Shown: positions 54,356 to 64,000 of the stretch, in pieces
Layout: each line of letters opens with the position of its first letter
How positions within the stretch are numbered: the first letter of the stretch is position 1
NCBI GenBank assembly: GCA_963807575.1
Contig: CAWECD010000017.1
Span: forward strand, 125,176-189,175
Length of the DNA stretch: 64,000 nucleotides
Direction: 5' to 3'
Source of the DNA: an uncultured Acidimicrobiaceae bacterium
GTDB lineage: Bacteria > Actinomycetota > Acidimicrobiia > Acidimicrobiales > Bog-793
Program-made: the position numbers and the translations under genes
Notes under the pieces: model-generated
Told to the model about the DNA's origin: nothing
The model's input: only the letters and a program-made list of their open reading frames with translations
Databases searched by the model: none

Positions 54356-55951
54356 ATGATGCCGCAAGGATGTATCAGGCGCGTCAGGCTACCGGTGATC
54401 GGCAGCCGATTCCGGCTACGTTCTCACTCCATGGTCTCCGACCGGCTTCGTGCGATCTGGAAGTTGCACATGCCCGAGACCCGCGAGTCCGCCGGCTTGC
54501 ACGAGTTCGATGGCCAGGTCCAGGACCTCTCGCCGGCCGGAGTCAAGGCCCTCCTCGCGTTGCTCGGACGCGGCGCGCCCGAGCCGAATGCTCATGACGA
54601 GGCACACCTGGCCGCAGCAGAGGCCGGAGCGTATGCCTCCTTCTCCGTGGCCGAGATCCACAGGTGGAACCCGTTCGTCCACCTGGAGAATCTCGACCTC
54701 GCGTGCTACGACCGCGAATACGCGTCCACTGACGAGCGTGCGAAGGCCAAAGCGGCTCACCTGAGCAGATGGCCAGACGCCATCCACGGCGCCCTCGAGT
54801 CGCTCGACTCCGTGCCCGCTCCGGTGGCTGCTGCTCTCCTGCCGGCGATGCGCGGCCTTGGCGAAGGCATCGGGGCCGTGACCGCCGATGCTACGGTTCT
54901 CGATCGCGGCCGGACCTGTCTCGAAAGGCTGATCGCCCATCTGGAAGATGCGGCAACGAACGGCCCGCGCGACGCGAGTCTGGGCTCGGCCAAGCTGGCT
55001 CGGCTGCTGGGCGATCCCGAGGCGATGACCGTGGACCTCGGCCGGCTCGAAGAGGTCGCGGACGGAGAAAGAACCCGTCTTACTGAACGGCTCGTTCACG
55101 ATTGCGATCGGCTGCGACCCGGCCTTTCTCCTGCAGAAGTCGTCCGGGAGCTGCTGAGCGACCATCCCGACGATAAGGGCATCTACGTCGCCGCTCGCCA
55201 CCTGATCGGAGAACTGAGCACCTTCACGACTGAGCACGGCCTTCTGCCCGAGCTCGGAGGCACCTGTCGTGTCGGCCCGGCCCCACCATCGAGGCGCTAC
55301 GCGGTGGCGATGATGTCGTGGACCGGCGCGTATGAAGCCGACGCACCTGCGTGGTTCCATGTGAACCCGCCGGATCCTTCCTGGGACGACGAGACCAAGG
55401 AACGATGGCGGTCGCTCTTCAGTGCCACGACGCTGCCTGTCATCACTGCCCACGAGGTGACGCCAGGGCACTTCGCCCACGGACGGATGATCCGGCTCAC
55501 CGCCCGTGGGGACGTCCGCCGGTCACTGTCTTCACTCGCGTTCGTCGAGGGCTGGGCTCACTATGCAGAGGAGCTGTTGGTGGATGAGGGCTTTCGCGAG
55601 GATGACCCGCGCTTTGCGATCGGAGTCTGGATCGAGGCTCTCGTGCGGGTGACACGTCTCGCGGCGGCGCTTGGGATCCATCGCGGGACCATGACGGTGC
55701 CGGACGCGGCGGCGCGCTTCCGCGAGGATGCCTTCCTGGAAGCACCTGCGGCTCAGTCCGAGGCGAACCGGGCGACATTCGACCCGACCTACGGCCGCTA
55801 CACGTGGGGCAAGCTCGAGATCCAGGCGCTTCGCGACGAGGCGATCACACGCTGGGGCAGACGCTTCAGCCTCCGACGGTTCCACGAAGCACTGCTCGAG
55901 CTCGGCGCACCGCCGCTGGGGACCCTGGGCGACGCGCTCGAACCGGCATAA
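54356..55951 (+). CDS. DUF885-family (gluzincin-like) protein
   Basis: HEVTPGH (HExxPGH) and downstream EGWAHYAEEL motifs characteristic of DUF885; start may be at 54431. Confidence 0.7.
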   Translation: MMPQGCIRRVRLPVIGSRFRLRSHSMVSDRLRAIWKLHMPETRESAGLHEFDGQVQDLSPAGVKALLALLGRGAPEPNAHDEAHLAAAEAGAYASFSVAEIHRWNPFVHLENLDLACYDREYASTDERAKAKAAHLSRWPDAIHGALESLDSVPAPVAAALLPAMRGLGEGIGAVTADATVLDRGRTCLERLIAHLEDAATNGPRDASLGSAKLARLLGDPEAMTVDLGRLEEVADGERTRLTERLVHDCDRLRPGLSPAEVVRELLSDHPDDKGIYVAARHLIGELSTFTTEHGLLPELGGTCRVGPAPPSRRYAVAMMSWTGAYEADAPAWFHVNPPDPSWDDETKERWRSLFSATTLPVITAHEVTPGHFAHGRMIRLTARGDVRRSLSSLAFVEGWAHYAEELLVDEGFREDDPRFAIGVWIEALVRVTRLAAALGIHRGTMTVPDAAARFREDAFLEAPAAQSEANRATFDPTYGRYTWGKLEIQALRDEAITRWGRRFSLRRFHEALLELGAPPLGTLGDALEPA

Positions 55952-56003
55952 GACAAACTGCCTTCAAGCCACGGGCTCTCGCACACTTGCGACACTGCGC
56001 CCA

Positions 56004-56618
56004 CTACCACCGGCGGCTGTCGTGCCTACCTACCAGTCCGCCAATGTTCAGGACCTCCACCAGGCGAACGACGCGCTTTACGCTGTCGAGGCGGTAGATC
56101 ACGAGCGCAGTCTCTACCCTTGCCGCAAAGCGCCGAGCCAGGAAACCGTGCAGCTCCACCCCCGACGCGGCGGGGTCAACGAGCAAACGGCCAAAGATCA
56201 AACGTCGGGCCTCATCCGCGACGTGGAACTGAAGCTCATCGAGCGCCTTACGCGCCGGCTCGCTAGCGACAAGACCCCACCGGTTGTCAGCACTCGATCG
56301 CGCCGTCGCCGGCAGCGAAGTCCCTCCCGTCACGGTGCGCACCACAAAGCGAGCATCTGGGTCGAGTGCTGCCAGCTCCTCGCCCATGTACAGGTTCCCG
56401 CTCTGAAGCGCGGCCTCGGCCTCGATGATGCGGCGCACCGTCTTCGGCTCGGACAAGAGATCGATCGTGTATTCGAGCCCTTCCAAGTCACGGACAGACA
56501 TGACGACCGCGGCCGGCGCACCATCTCGTTCGGCGAAGATCCGCTCCCGTGTGGCCAGCACATGGTCGACCACGTCGTCTAGCTTGTCGCCCTTGCCCGC
56601 GAGCGCTGCCATCGGCAA
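56004..56618 (-). CDS. type II toxin-antitoxin: Phd/YefM antitoxin domain fused in-frame to RelE/ParE toxin domain
   Basis: N-terminal ERDGAPAAVVMSVRDLEGLEYTIDLLSEPK...LQSGN (Phd/YefM) continues without stop into NRWGLVASEPARKALDEL...ETALVIYRLDSVKRVVRLVEVLNIGG (RelE/ParE fold). Confidence 0.7.
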   Translation of the reverse strand: MPMAALAGKGDKLDDVVDHVLATRERIFAERDGAPAAVVMSVRDLEGLEYTIDLLSEPKTVRRIIEAEAALQSGNLYMGEELAALDPDARFVVRTVTGGTSLPATARSSADNRWGLVASEPARKALDELQFHVADEARRLIFGRLLVDPAASGVELHGFLARRFAARVETALVIYRLDSVKRVVRLVEVLNIGGLVGRHDSRRW

Positions 56619-56650
56619 AGCGTACCGCTCCTCCCACCTAACCTGGGTGG

Positions 56651-57016
56651 GTGAAGATCGACGCGCTCAGGACCCCGGCTCTCGTGATGGACGTTGCTTA
56701 CGGGCGCCTCGGCCTTCCGTTTCGCCGGGCGCTCTTTGTGCATGCCACTGTGGTCTCCAGCTGCGCAAAATGGGCCGTGGCAGACGCCGGGCTCAAGGCG
56801 TTCGGCATGGATCACGGCAATCCGGAAGCTGAGGGAGCCAACGTCTGGTTCTGTTCGGACGAACATGTGACCTTCGAGCCACCGCGGAACGTCGGTGACA
56901 AGCTCCGCCTCGTGCCCGCTCACCTCGACCCGACGATGGCCTACCACGAGCGGGTTCACCTGGTGTCAGGCGACGACGTCCTCGAGACGTGGCCGATCGA
57001 TCTACGGGGTTGGTAG
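56651..57016 (+). pseudogene. internally deleted remnant of a DSD1/alanine-racemase-like PLP enzyme
   Basis: 121 aa: family-typical N-terminus (IDALRTPALVMDV) joined directly to the C-terminal beta-domain (GMDHG...VPAHLDPTMAYHERVHLVSGDDVLETWPI); ~250 aa TIM-barrel missing. Confidence 0.45.
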
Positions 57017-57631
57017 CCGCGCCGACGAAGTTGGCGCGGCGGCCTTGCTCTGCTTGAGGCGCGCCGCGAAGCTGCGGAGAGCGAGACCACGGTGGGACAG
57101 GTCGTGTTTCTCGGTTGGGCTCATCTCGGCAAACGTGCGCCCGCCCCCGCCTTCAGGCGCGAACACCGGGTCGTAGCCGAAGCCCCCTTGACCGCGCGGG
57201 GCCGGCTTGATCTCCCCTTCGACAACACCCTCGCCCACGATCTCGGTGCCGTCGGGAAAACGGCAGACCACCACGGTACGAAAGCGCGCACGCCGGTCGG
57301 TCTCGCCCTGGAGGACGGCGAGCAACTTGGCGACGTTGTCGGCGTAGGAGGCGGTCTCCCCGGCAAAGCGGGCCGACCACGCACCCGGCGCTCCTCCGAG
57401 CGCCGCCACCTCGAGACCGGTGTCATCGGCAACGGCCGCCTCGCCGGTTGCTGCCACGACTGCGACGGCCTTGAGGCGAGCATTGTCCTCGAGGGTCTCC
57501 CCGGTTTCCTCGACCGCGCCGACGTTTTGCGGACGAGCGACGAGCTCGATCAGGTCACCGAGCTCCTCCTCCAGGATGGCTGCCACCTCCGCGGCCTTGT
57601 CTGGATTCGCCGTGGCGAGCACCAACCGCAT
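57002..57631 (-). CDS. rdgB: non-canonical purine NTP pyrophosphatase RdgB/HAM1
   Basis: MRLVLATANPDK, DDTGLEV, FGYDPVF signature motifs. Confidence 0.9.
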   Translation of the reverse strand: MRLVLATANPDKAAEVAAILEEELGDLIELVARPQNVGAVEETGETLEDNARLKAVAVVAATGEAAVADDTGLEVAALGGAPGAWSARFAGETASYADNVAKLLAVLQGETDRRARFRTVVVCRFPDGTEIVGEGVVEGEIKPAPRGQGGFGYDPVFAPEGGGGRTFAEMSPTEKHDLSHRGLALRSFAARLKQSKAAAPTSSARLPTP

Positions 57632-57668
57632 GACGGCCCCTTCCTTCTCGGCGTCGCGAGCTGAGCCG

Positions 57669-58451
57669 TCAGGGTGTGGCGGCCGCGGTACGGTCCGGTG
57701 GAGGCGTTGCCAGCACTTCTGCCTGGACCTCGAGGATCTGGTTGATGCCGAGCTCGGCGAGGGCGAGCATCTCCTCGAGCTCGGTGCGATCGAACGGCAG
57801 TCCCTCGGCGGTCCCTTGCACCTCGACGAAGCGTCCCGAGGACGTCATCACGACGTTCATGTCGACCTCGGCAGCGGAGTCTTCGGCGTAATCGAGATCG
57901 AGCATGCAGACCGCCTCGACGACGCCGACCGAGATGGCCGCACACGCCTCGCGCACCGGATGAGCAGCGATCACTCCCGAGTGGCACAGACGTGAGCAGG
58001 CGTCGTGAAGCGCGACGTAAGCGCCTGATATCGCGGCCGTGCGCGTCCCCCCGTCTGCCTGCAACACGTCGCAGTCGATCAGTATCTGCCGCTCGCCGAG
58101 TGCACCGAGGTCGATGATGCTGCGCAGCGCCCGGCCGATCAGCCGCTGGATCTCCTGCGTGCGCCCGGACTGGCGGCCTTTGGTCGCCTCTCTGCTCACG
58201 CGTTCGGGCGATGATCCCGGGAGCAGGGAATACTCCGCTGTCACCCAGCCCCGGCGGGTCCCACGCATCCATCTGGGGACGTCCTCGTCGACCGAAGCCG
58301 TACACAGGACCTTGGTGCGGCCTGAAACCGCGAGCACCGAGCCGGCGGCGAATTCGGTGAAGTCCCGGACGAAAAAGCCCGGGCGGAGCTCGTCGAGGGC
58401 CCTGCCGTCGCGGCGCACGAAAGCCAGGGCATCACCTTGCGGGTCGGTCAT
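57669..58451 (-). CDS. rph: ribonuclease PH
   Basis: RNase PH motifs RxDGR (RRDGRALDELRP), TQEIQRLIGRALR, DCDVLQADGGTRTAAI; start at internal ATG MTDPQGD. Confidence 0.9.
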   Translation of the reverse strand: MTDPQGDALAFVRRDGRALDELRPGFFVRDFTEFAAGSVLAVSGRTKVLCTASVDEDVPRWMRGTRRGWVTAEYSLLPGSSPERVSREATKGRQSGRTQEIQRLIGRALRSIIDLGALGERQILIDCDVLQADGGTRTAAISGAYVALHDACSRLCHSGVIAAHPVREACAAISVGVVEAVCMLDLDYAEDSAAEVDMNVVMTSSGRFVEVQGTAEGLPFDRTELEEMLALAELGINQILEVQAEVLATPPPDRTAAATP

Positions 58452-58654
58452 CCCGGCAGGGTACCCGGCTGGGGGCCGCGCGGCCAGGAACAGCTCGCGT
58501 GACGACGTCACCGGATGCGAGCTCAACGCTGTTGGCGATGGGCACGCGTCGGTATCGGTGTGCGAGTGGAACACGCCTCTCACAGCCCGCCCATCAGTCT
58601 CGGCAGCCCGGTGTTGGAATCGCTCCTCAGGGCCGCACGGTAGCGTTTCTCGCG

Positions 58655-59191
58655 ATGGCCACGAGAAAGACAACCGGGACTCAGCACGCCCCGGGCAAGC
58701 CCAGGATGCCCGGTGAGCCGCACGAGCCTGTGATCCGCAGCGTGGCACGTAACCGGCGCGCTAGGCACGACTACGACATCCTCGATGTTTACGAGTGCGG
58801 TATCGCCCTCAGAGGTGCGGAGGTCAAGTCGCTTCGGCTGGGACAAGCGTCGTTGCAGGACGCGTACGCCAGGATCGACGACGGTGAGCTGTGGCTCCTC
58901 GGGGCCCACTTGGCACCGTACGAGTACGCGTCCGGATACGGTCGTTTCGAGCCGGTCAGGGCCCGCAAACTGCTGTTGCATCGCCAACAGATAGACGAGC
59001 TCTCCGGTCGCGTCGCCCAGAAGGCGCTCACGCTCGTGCCACTCAGCATTTACTTCAAGGACGGCCTGGCCAAGGTCGAGCTGGCACTCGCACGAGGACG
59101 CCGGCTGTATGACAAGCGACACGCCATCGCCGAACGCGACGCGGATCGAGAAGCCCAGCGCGTGATCCGGGAACACGAGCGCCGGCGCTGA
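58655..59191 (+). CDS. smpB: SsrA-binding protein SmpB
   Basis: ARNRRARHDYDILDVYECGIALRGAEVKSLR and C-terminal basic tail; immediately upstream of tmRNA. Confidence 0.9.
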   Translation: MATRKTTGTQHAPGKPRMPGEPHEPVIRSVARNRRARHDYDILDVYECGIALRGAEVKSLRLGQASLQDAYARIDDGELWLLGAHLAPYEYASGYGRFEPVRARKLLLHRQQIDELSGRVAQKALTLVPLSIYFKDGLAKVELALARGRRLYDKRHAIAERDADREAQRVIREHERRR

Positions 59192-59238
59192 CGCCGCGGC
59201 CAAGGCGGTATCCTGCTGTCAGGAACAAACACTACCAA

Positions 59239-59590
<352 letters not shown>

Positions 59591-59614
59591 GATTTTTTCG
59601 ACAAAAGTGCTGAC

Positions 59615-59639
59615 GGGAGCCCTCTTTGAGAGGGCTCCC
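59615..59639 (+). terminator. hairpin following ssrA
   Basis: GGGAGCCCTC-TTTG-AGAGGGCTCCC perfect 10-bp stem just after a T6 run at the tmRNA 3' end. Confidence 0.4.
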
Positions 59640-59990
59640 GTCGCGCCAGGGCTCGCTCGGGACACACCAGGACGCAGGAGCATCGGCGCTTGCGGGCGCA
59701 CGCCGCTTGGGCTCGACCAAGACCGCCGAGCCACGGGTGCCGGGAGACCATTGCGCCGGACTGCGTCGGTCGAACCGTCGAGTGGCGCGGGGAGTAGATC
59801 AATGAATCTTTGGGAGACTGGCGCGAAATCAGCGGTCTCCCTTTCCCGGATCTGGCTGCGGCCGAGGTTCGTGCTAGTAGCACAACCCCGTGGGGAGACT
59901 GCCATCCTTGCCTCCGACCGATGGTCGACTAATGCTTGCAGGAGGACAGAGAACACACAGCGTCGCTTCTGTACCGGAATGTGGGGGGAT

Positions 59991-62530
59991 ATGAGCACTA
60001 GCGCCACGAGAGTGGTGTGGTACCGCTCGCGAACCACGTTCGCGCGCCGGTGGAGCGCCTATCTGGGTTTGATGTTGCTGATCGCGCTGATCGGTGGGAT
60101 TGCCATGGGGTCAATCGCGGCGGCCCGGCGGACGCAGTCTTCTTATCCAGCCTTTCTCGCTAGCACGAACGCGTCGGACTTGACGATGTCGACCTATGGC
60201 ATCGCCAACGCCTCCGCGGCGAGCAACTACTCGCCAACACTGACGCGCGAGATCGCCCGTCTTCCTGAGGTCAAGCTGGTCGAGAGCTGGGTGGGGGCAC
60301 AGGTTGCGCCGCTGGAGCGGGACGGGGCCCCGAACCTGACCGCCCCCATCAACCCGGTCGGCAGCGTCGACGGCCTGTATTTCAATGAGGACCGAGCCAC
60401 CCCCGTCGTGGGTCGGATGGCAAATCCGCGTCGCGCCGACGAGTTCGTCACCACTGCTTTGGGAGCTGAAGCTTTGGGACTTCGCGTCGGTCAGGTCGTT
60501 CCCATGGGCGTCTACACGTCAAATCAGTTCAACTCGCCAGGCTTCGGCACGCCGCGCGTACCACCTGAGCGCAAGATCGACATGAAACTTGTCGGAATCG
60601 TGGTCTTCAACGACCAGGTGATCGAGGACGACACGGACCGTCTCCCGACCGACATCCTGTTCACGCCCGCACTGACCCGCACACTCATCGCCTCCAAAGC
60701 CGTTCAGGGCACCTGGTACGCCATGCAACTCGTGCACGGCAGCCGCGACATTCCCACAGTGGAAAAGGCGCTCATCCGCCTGCTCCCGAGCGGGAGCGAC
60801 GCCAACTTCAGTGTCACCTTGCTCACGGAGACCAAGGTGGAGCGGGCCGTCAAACCAGAGTCGATCGCTCTCGGCGTGTTCGGGGCAATCGCCGCTCTAG
60901 CAGCGTTGGCGATCGCGGACATCGCCATCTCCCGGCAGCTGCGCTCGAGCGATGAGGAGCTTCGGGTGCTCCGCGCGCTCGGTGCCAGTCCGGCCGTGAC
61001 TGTCGCCGACAAGCTGGTCGGAGTCCTCGCCGCGACTCTGGCTGGCTCGCTGCTCGCGGTCGCGGTCGCGGTCGCGCTCTCGCCGCTGTCTCCACTCGGA
61101 CCGATCCGAGACGTCTACCATCCGCCCGGGATCGCGTTCGACTGGACGGTCCTGGGCTTTGGAGCGCTCGTGCTGATGGGGGTGCTGGGCGTGACCGCCG
61201 TGACACTGGCCTACCGAGGAGCCCCCCACCGTCTGGCCACCAGGTCCGACATTGACCCACCGCGCGACTCGAAACTGTTAGAGGTGGCGACCTCTGCGGG
61301 CCTGCCGACCTCCGGCGCCGTCGGGCTCCGCTTCGCGCTGAACCCGGGGCGTGGTCGCGTCGCGGTCCCCGCCCGCTCCGTCCTGTCAGGCGCGATCCTG
61401 GCAGTCGTCATTGTCACGGCGACACTCACCTTCGACAGCGGACTGCGCACGTTGGTGTCAAGCCCTGCACTCTACGGATGGAACTGGAGCTACGCGCTGA
61501 GCTCGGGAAACGTCGTCCCCCCCAAGCCCTCACCGCTCTCAACCGCGACCGTGATGTTGCGGCCTGGGCGGGATACCACAATCTTTCCGTCCAAATCGAC
61601 GGCCTGACTGTCCCTGTCCTATTAGGTGACAACCACGCCGCGGTCGCGCCACCGGTCCTGTCCGGCCATGCCGTCTATAACAACAACCAGATCGTCTTGG
61701 GTGCCGTCACGCTCTCGCTCTTGCACAAACGCCTTGGCGACACTGTCGTCTTCTCCTTCGGCAGCCCAAACACTGCCCCGCTCTACCTGCCTCCCGCGAA
61801 GCTGGTCATCGTGGGCACCGCCACCCTGCCCGCAATTGGCGGTGCCAGCACCTTCGCCGACCACCCTTCGATGGGAACGGGAGCCGTGCTCTCCGACCAC
61901 GTCAGTCCGGCTTTTGTACGCGCTATTCAGAACCCTGACCCCAACCTCAGAGGACCGGGTCTGGTCTTCGTACGCCTGCACAGCGGCGTGAGCTCTGCCG
62001 TAGGACTCGCCGACATGAACCGCATCGCCAATCTCGCCAACAAGGTCTTTGCCGCGGACCCGAATGCTACCGGCGACACTGTCGAAGTCCTCGGCGTCCA
62101 ACACCCGGCTGAGATCGTCAACTACCAATCCACCGGAGCCACACCTGTCGTTCTCGCCGCCGGCCTTGCAGCCGGCGCGATCGTCGCACTGGCTCTCACC
62201 TTGATCGCGTCGGTCCGCCGACAAAGACGCGACCTCGCCTTGTTGAAGACCCTCGGATTCACCACCCGGCAGTTGGCCGCAACCGTTGCCTGGCAGGCTT
62301 CGGCGATCGCCGCGATCGCTGCCGTAGTCGGAGTGCCCATCGGCATTGCCATCGGACGGCAGCTATGGATCCTCTTCGCCCACAACATCAATGCTGTGCC
62401 CGAAGCCACGGTTCCCGCCACCCTGATACTGGTCGCGGCCGGCTCGCTCGTCCTCGGCAATCTCGTCGCCGCCGTGCCCGCGCGCATGGCCGCGCGCACG
62501 CCCGCCGCCTTGGTACTACGAAGCGAGTGA
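59991..62530 (+). pseudogene. FtsX/MacB-type ABC permease with two FtsX domains, reading frame broken at C7 homopolymer (61517-61523)
   Basis: Frame A (59991-61607) is protein-like up to ...GWNWSYALSSGNVV, frame B (61478-62530) protein-like from PQALTALNRDRDVAAW onward and carries the second FtsX domain (LKTLGFTTRQLAATVAWQAS); switch coincides with CCCCCCC run. Confidence 0.6.
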
Positions 62531-62635
62531 GGCAGCCGGGCGAGCGACAGCCCGAGCCACAGTGGCGTCTCCGGGTTCTTCAGATGTTCGCGATGCCGAA
62601 ATCGTGCGTTCACATCCAATGCGTACGGTGACAGC

Positions 62636-63364
62636 ATGTTCCGTTACGTGGTCGTCCGGCTGTGGCTCGCGGACCGCCCGGGCTCGCTCGGCGAGATCGC
62701 CACCAAGATCGGGGAGCTCGGCGGCGATCTTGTCGGCATCGACATCCTCGAGCGGGATGGAGCCCGAGCGGTGGACGAGCTCACGGTCGAGCTCCCCGAG
62801 GGGTTTCATCCGGAGGCTCTCGCCAATGCCCTGTCGCAGCTCTCCGGCGTCGAGGTGGAAGATCTGCGCCATCGCGTCTCCCAGGTGCCCTATGCCGGTC
62901 GCGATCCTCTCGATGCAGCCGTGCTTCTCGCCGAGTCGATCGGCCCGGCCGAGCTTTGGGACGCGCTCGCCCACGGCGTCCGCTGCGCCTTCGCCTGCGA
63001 CTGGCTCTCGGTGCTGGACATGAGCGGCACGCCGGCCGTCGTACTGGCGGAGGCGGGCGATCCGCCCGGTGCCTCCTGGCTCGGCGCGTTTGTAGCCGGA
63101 GCGCGAGCAGGTCTGGCGGTGTCCACCCGCGGCGGCGCAGGCCTGGTCGGTCCTCGGGACGTCGCCTGGTCACCACTCGACTCATCTTGTCTTGCCGTCG
63201 TGGCAGGGCGAGACGGTCCGCCGTTCCGTAGCCGAGAACGCCGGCAACTCCAGCAGTTGTGCCGGATCGCCGACGCGAGGTTGATCGGGTTCGTTGGCAC
63301 AGGCGCCGGAACCATTCTCTCAGGCGCGGGACTGTCGCTTGACCTGCGCCTCGCAGCCTCGTGA
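62636..63364 (+). CDS. ACT-domain-containing protein
   Basis: N-terminal ACT fold pattern (VVVRLWLADRPGSLGEIATKIGELGGDLVGIDI). Confidence 0.5.
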   Translation: MFRYVVVRLWLADRPGSLGEIATKIGELGGDLVGIDILERDGARAVDELTVELPEGFHPEALANALSQLSGVEVEDLRHRVSQVPYAGRDPLDAAVLLAESIGPAELWDALAHGVRCAFACDWLSVLDMSGTPAVVLAEAGDPPGASWLGAFVAGARAGLAVSTRGGAGLVGPRDVAWSPLDSSCLAVVAGRDGPPFRSRERRQLQQLCRIADARLIGFVGTGAGTILSGAGLSLDLRLAAS

Positions 63365-63459
63365 ACGCCCGGTCCCGGGTTCTCAGTTGAGCCTCCGACG
63401 CCTCCGCTCGCGCAACGATGCCAACGGGAGCCGTCGGATCGACACGGATGTATCGCTGG

Positions 63460-64000
63460 CTATCCGGCCGCTCCAGTGAGCAAGTCGCGGAGCTTGACCC
63501 GTCTGCCCGTGCGGAGAATGGCCTTGCGGTAGATGCCCGTTGCGAACCTTGCCATCCCGACGGTGCACGCAATGCTGATTGCCGCCGACGCAAGAAACTC
63601 CCACCATGTCACCGTCTCGAGACTGACGAGGACTGGCATCGCGAATGGGGCCGTCGGCGGTAGATAGGCGAGGACCTTGAAGAAAAGGGACGGGTTGGCC
63701 GAGCCGGCCGCGGTCAGGGCCATGATGTACCCGAAGACGATCGGAAGGCTCAAGGGAAAGGCCAGGCTCTGCACCTGGTCCTGGCGCTCGGCCAGAGAAC
63801 CTGCGGCGGCGTATACCCAACAGTAGAACGCGTAGCCCAGCACCAACCACGCCAAGGTGCTCACGAGCACCACAGGTGCCGTTCCGTGCAGGAGATCGGA
63901 GCCGACGCCCTTGGCCAGTACCAGGGCGAAAGCCACGATGAGGGACGCCTGGGCGAAGGCCACGAGGCCTATGCCGAGCACCTTGCCCGTGAGCAGCTGA
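63460..64000 (-). CDS. ABC-2 type transporter permease, partial (5' end beyond window)
   Basis: Hydrophobic multi-TM C-terminal region; ORF open to window end. Confidence 0.5.
   Translation of the reverse strand, partial: QLLTGKVLGIGLVAFAQASLIVAFALVLAKGVGSDLLHGTAPVVLVSTLAWLVLGYAFYCWVYAAAGSLAERQDQVQSLAFPLSLPIVFGYIMALTAAGSANPSLFFKVLAYLPPTAPFAMPVLVSLETVTWWEFLASAAISIACTVGMARFATGIYRKAILRTGRRVKLRDLLTGAAG

Overview
This is a high-GC (~70%) window that looks like actinobacterial chromosome, dense with genes on both strands. The housekeeping backbone I can support from sequence is below; coordinates are in the features list.

- **DNA repair and cell envelope:** pgsA-cinA-recA on the minus strand, with a one-mismatch Cheo/LexA-type box upstream of recA. 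rimO, ddl with an unusual membrane-anchored MurF-like Mur ligase, a UvrD-like helicase, PlsC and a GT4 glycosyltransferase.
- **Nucleotide and central metabolism:** class II B12-dependent ribonucleotide reductase nrdJ carrying a 141-aa mini-intein at the active-site Cys, with an NrdR box upstream; glycerol kinase glpK.
- **RNA processing and translation rescue:** rph-rdgB, smpB followed by ssrA/tmRNA, and three tRNAs (Arg-TCT, His-GTG, Lys-CTT).
- **Regulators and transporters:** LysR, GntR, Rrf2, a small winged-HTH protein, a TauE/DUF1634 exporter, an MFS transporter, an FtsX-type permease and an ABC-2 permease.

The strongest candidate for an undescribed system is a five-gene operon at 25.7-31.4 kb, plausibly for corrinoid capture and import, with no characterised counterpart that I know of. 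A cobalamin-riboswitch-like leader precedes it. It encodes a secreted alpha/alpha-toroid 'prenyltransferase/squalene-oxidase-repeat' protein, a DUF4430-type membrane-anchored protein, EcfT, a fused double EcfA ATPase and an S-component-like membrane protein. The two surface proteins together resemble a split bacterial version of the transcobalamin/intrinsic-factor fold. Two other B12 consumers fit the same picture: nrdJ, and a corrinoid methyltransferase module at 45.5-50.3 kb (URO-D-like methyltransferase, corrinoid protein, unknown protein, RACo-type activator).

Other oddities, each listed separately in the findings:
- a CHAP peptidoglycan hydrolase whose frame continues through in-frame TGA and TAG stops into 43-aa tandem repeats;
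- a Phd/YefM antitoxin translationally fused to a RelE/ParE toxin;
- an internally deleted DSD1/alanine-racemase-like remnant;
- an FtsX permease frameshifted at a C7 run;
- a stand-alone GGDEF domain;
- a monofunctional riboflavin kinase;
- a flotillin with an OB-only NfeD partner;
- a tRNA-flanked islet of small regulators and hypothetical proteins.

I found no CRISPR arrays, integrases or IS elements.
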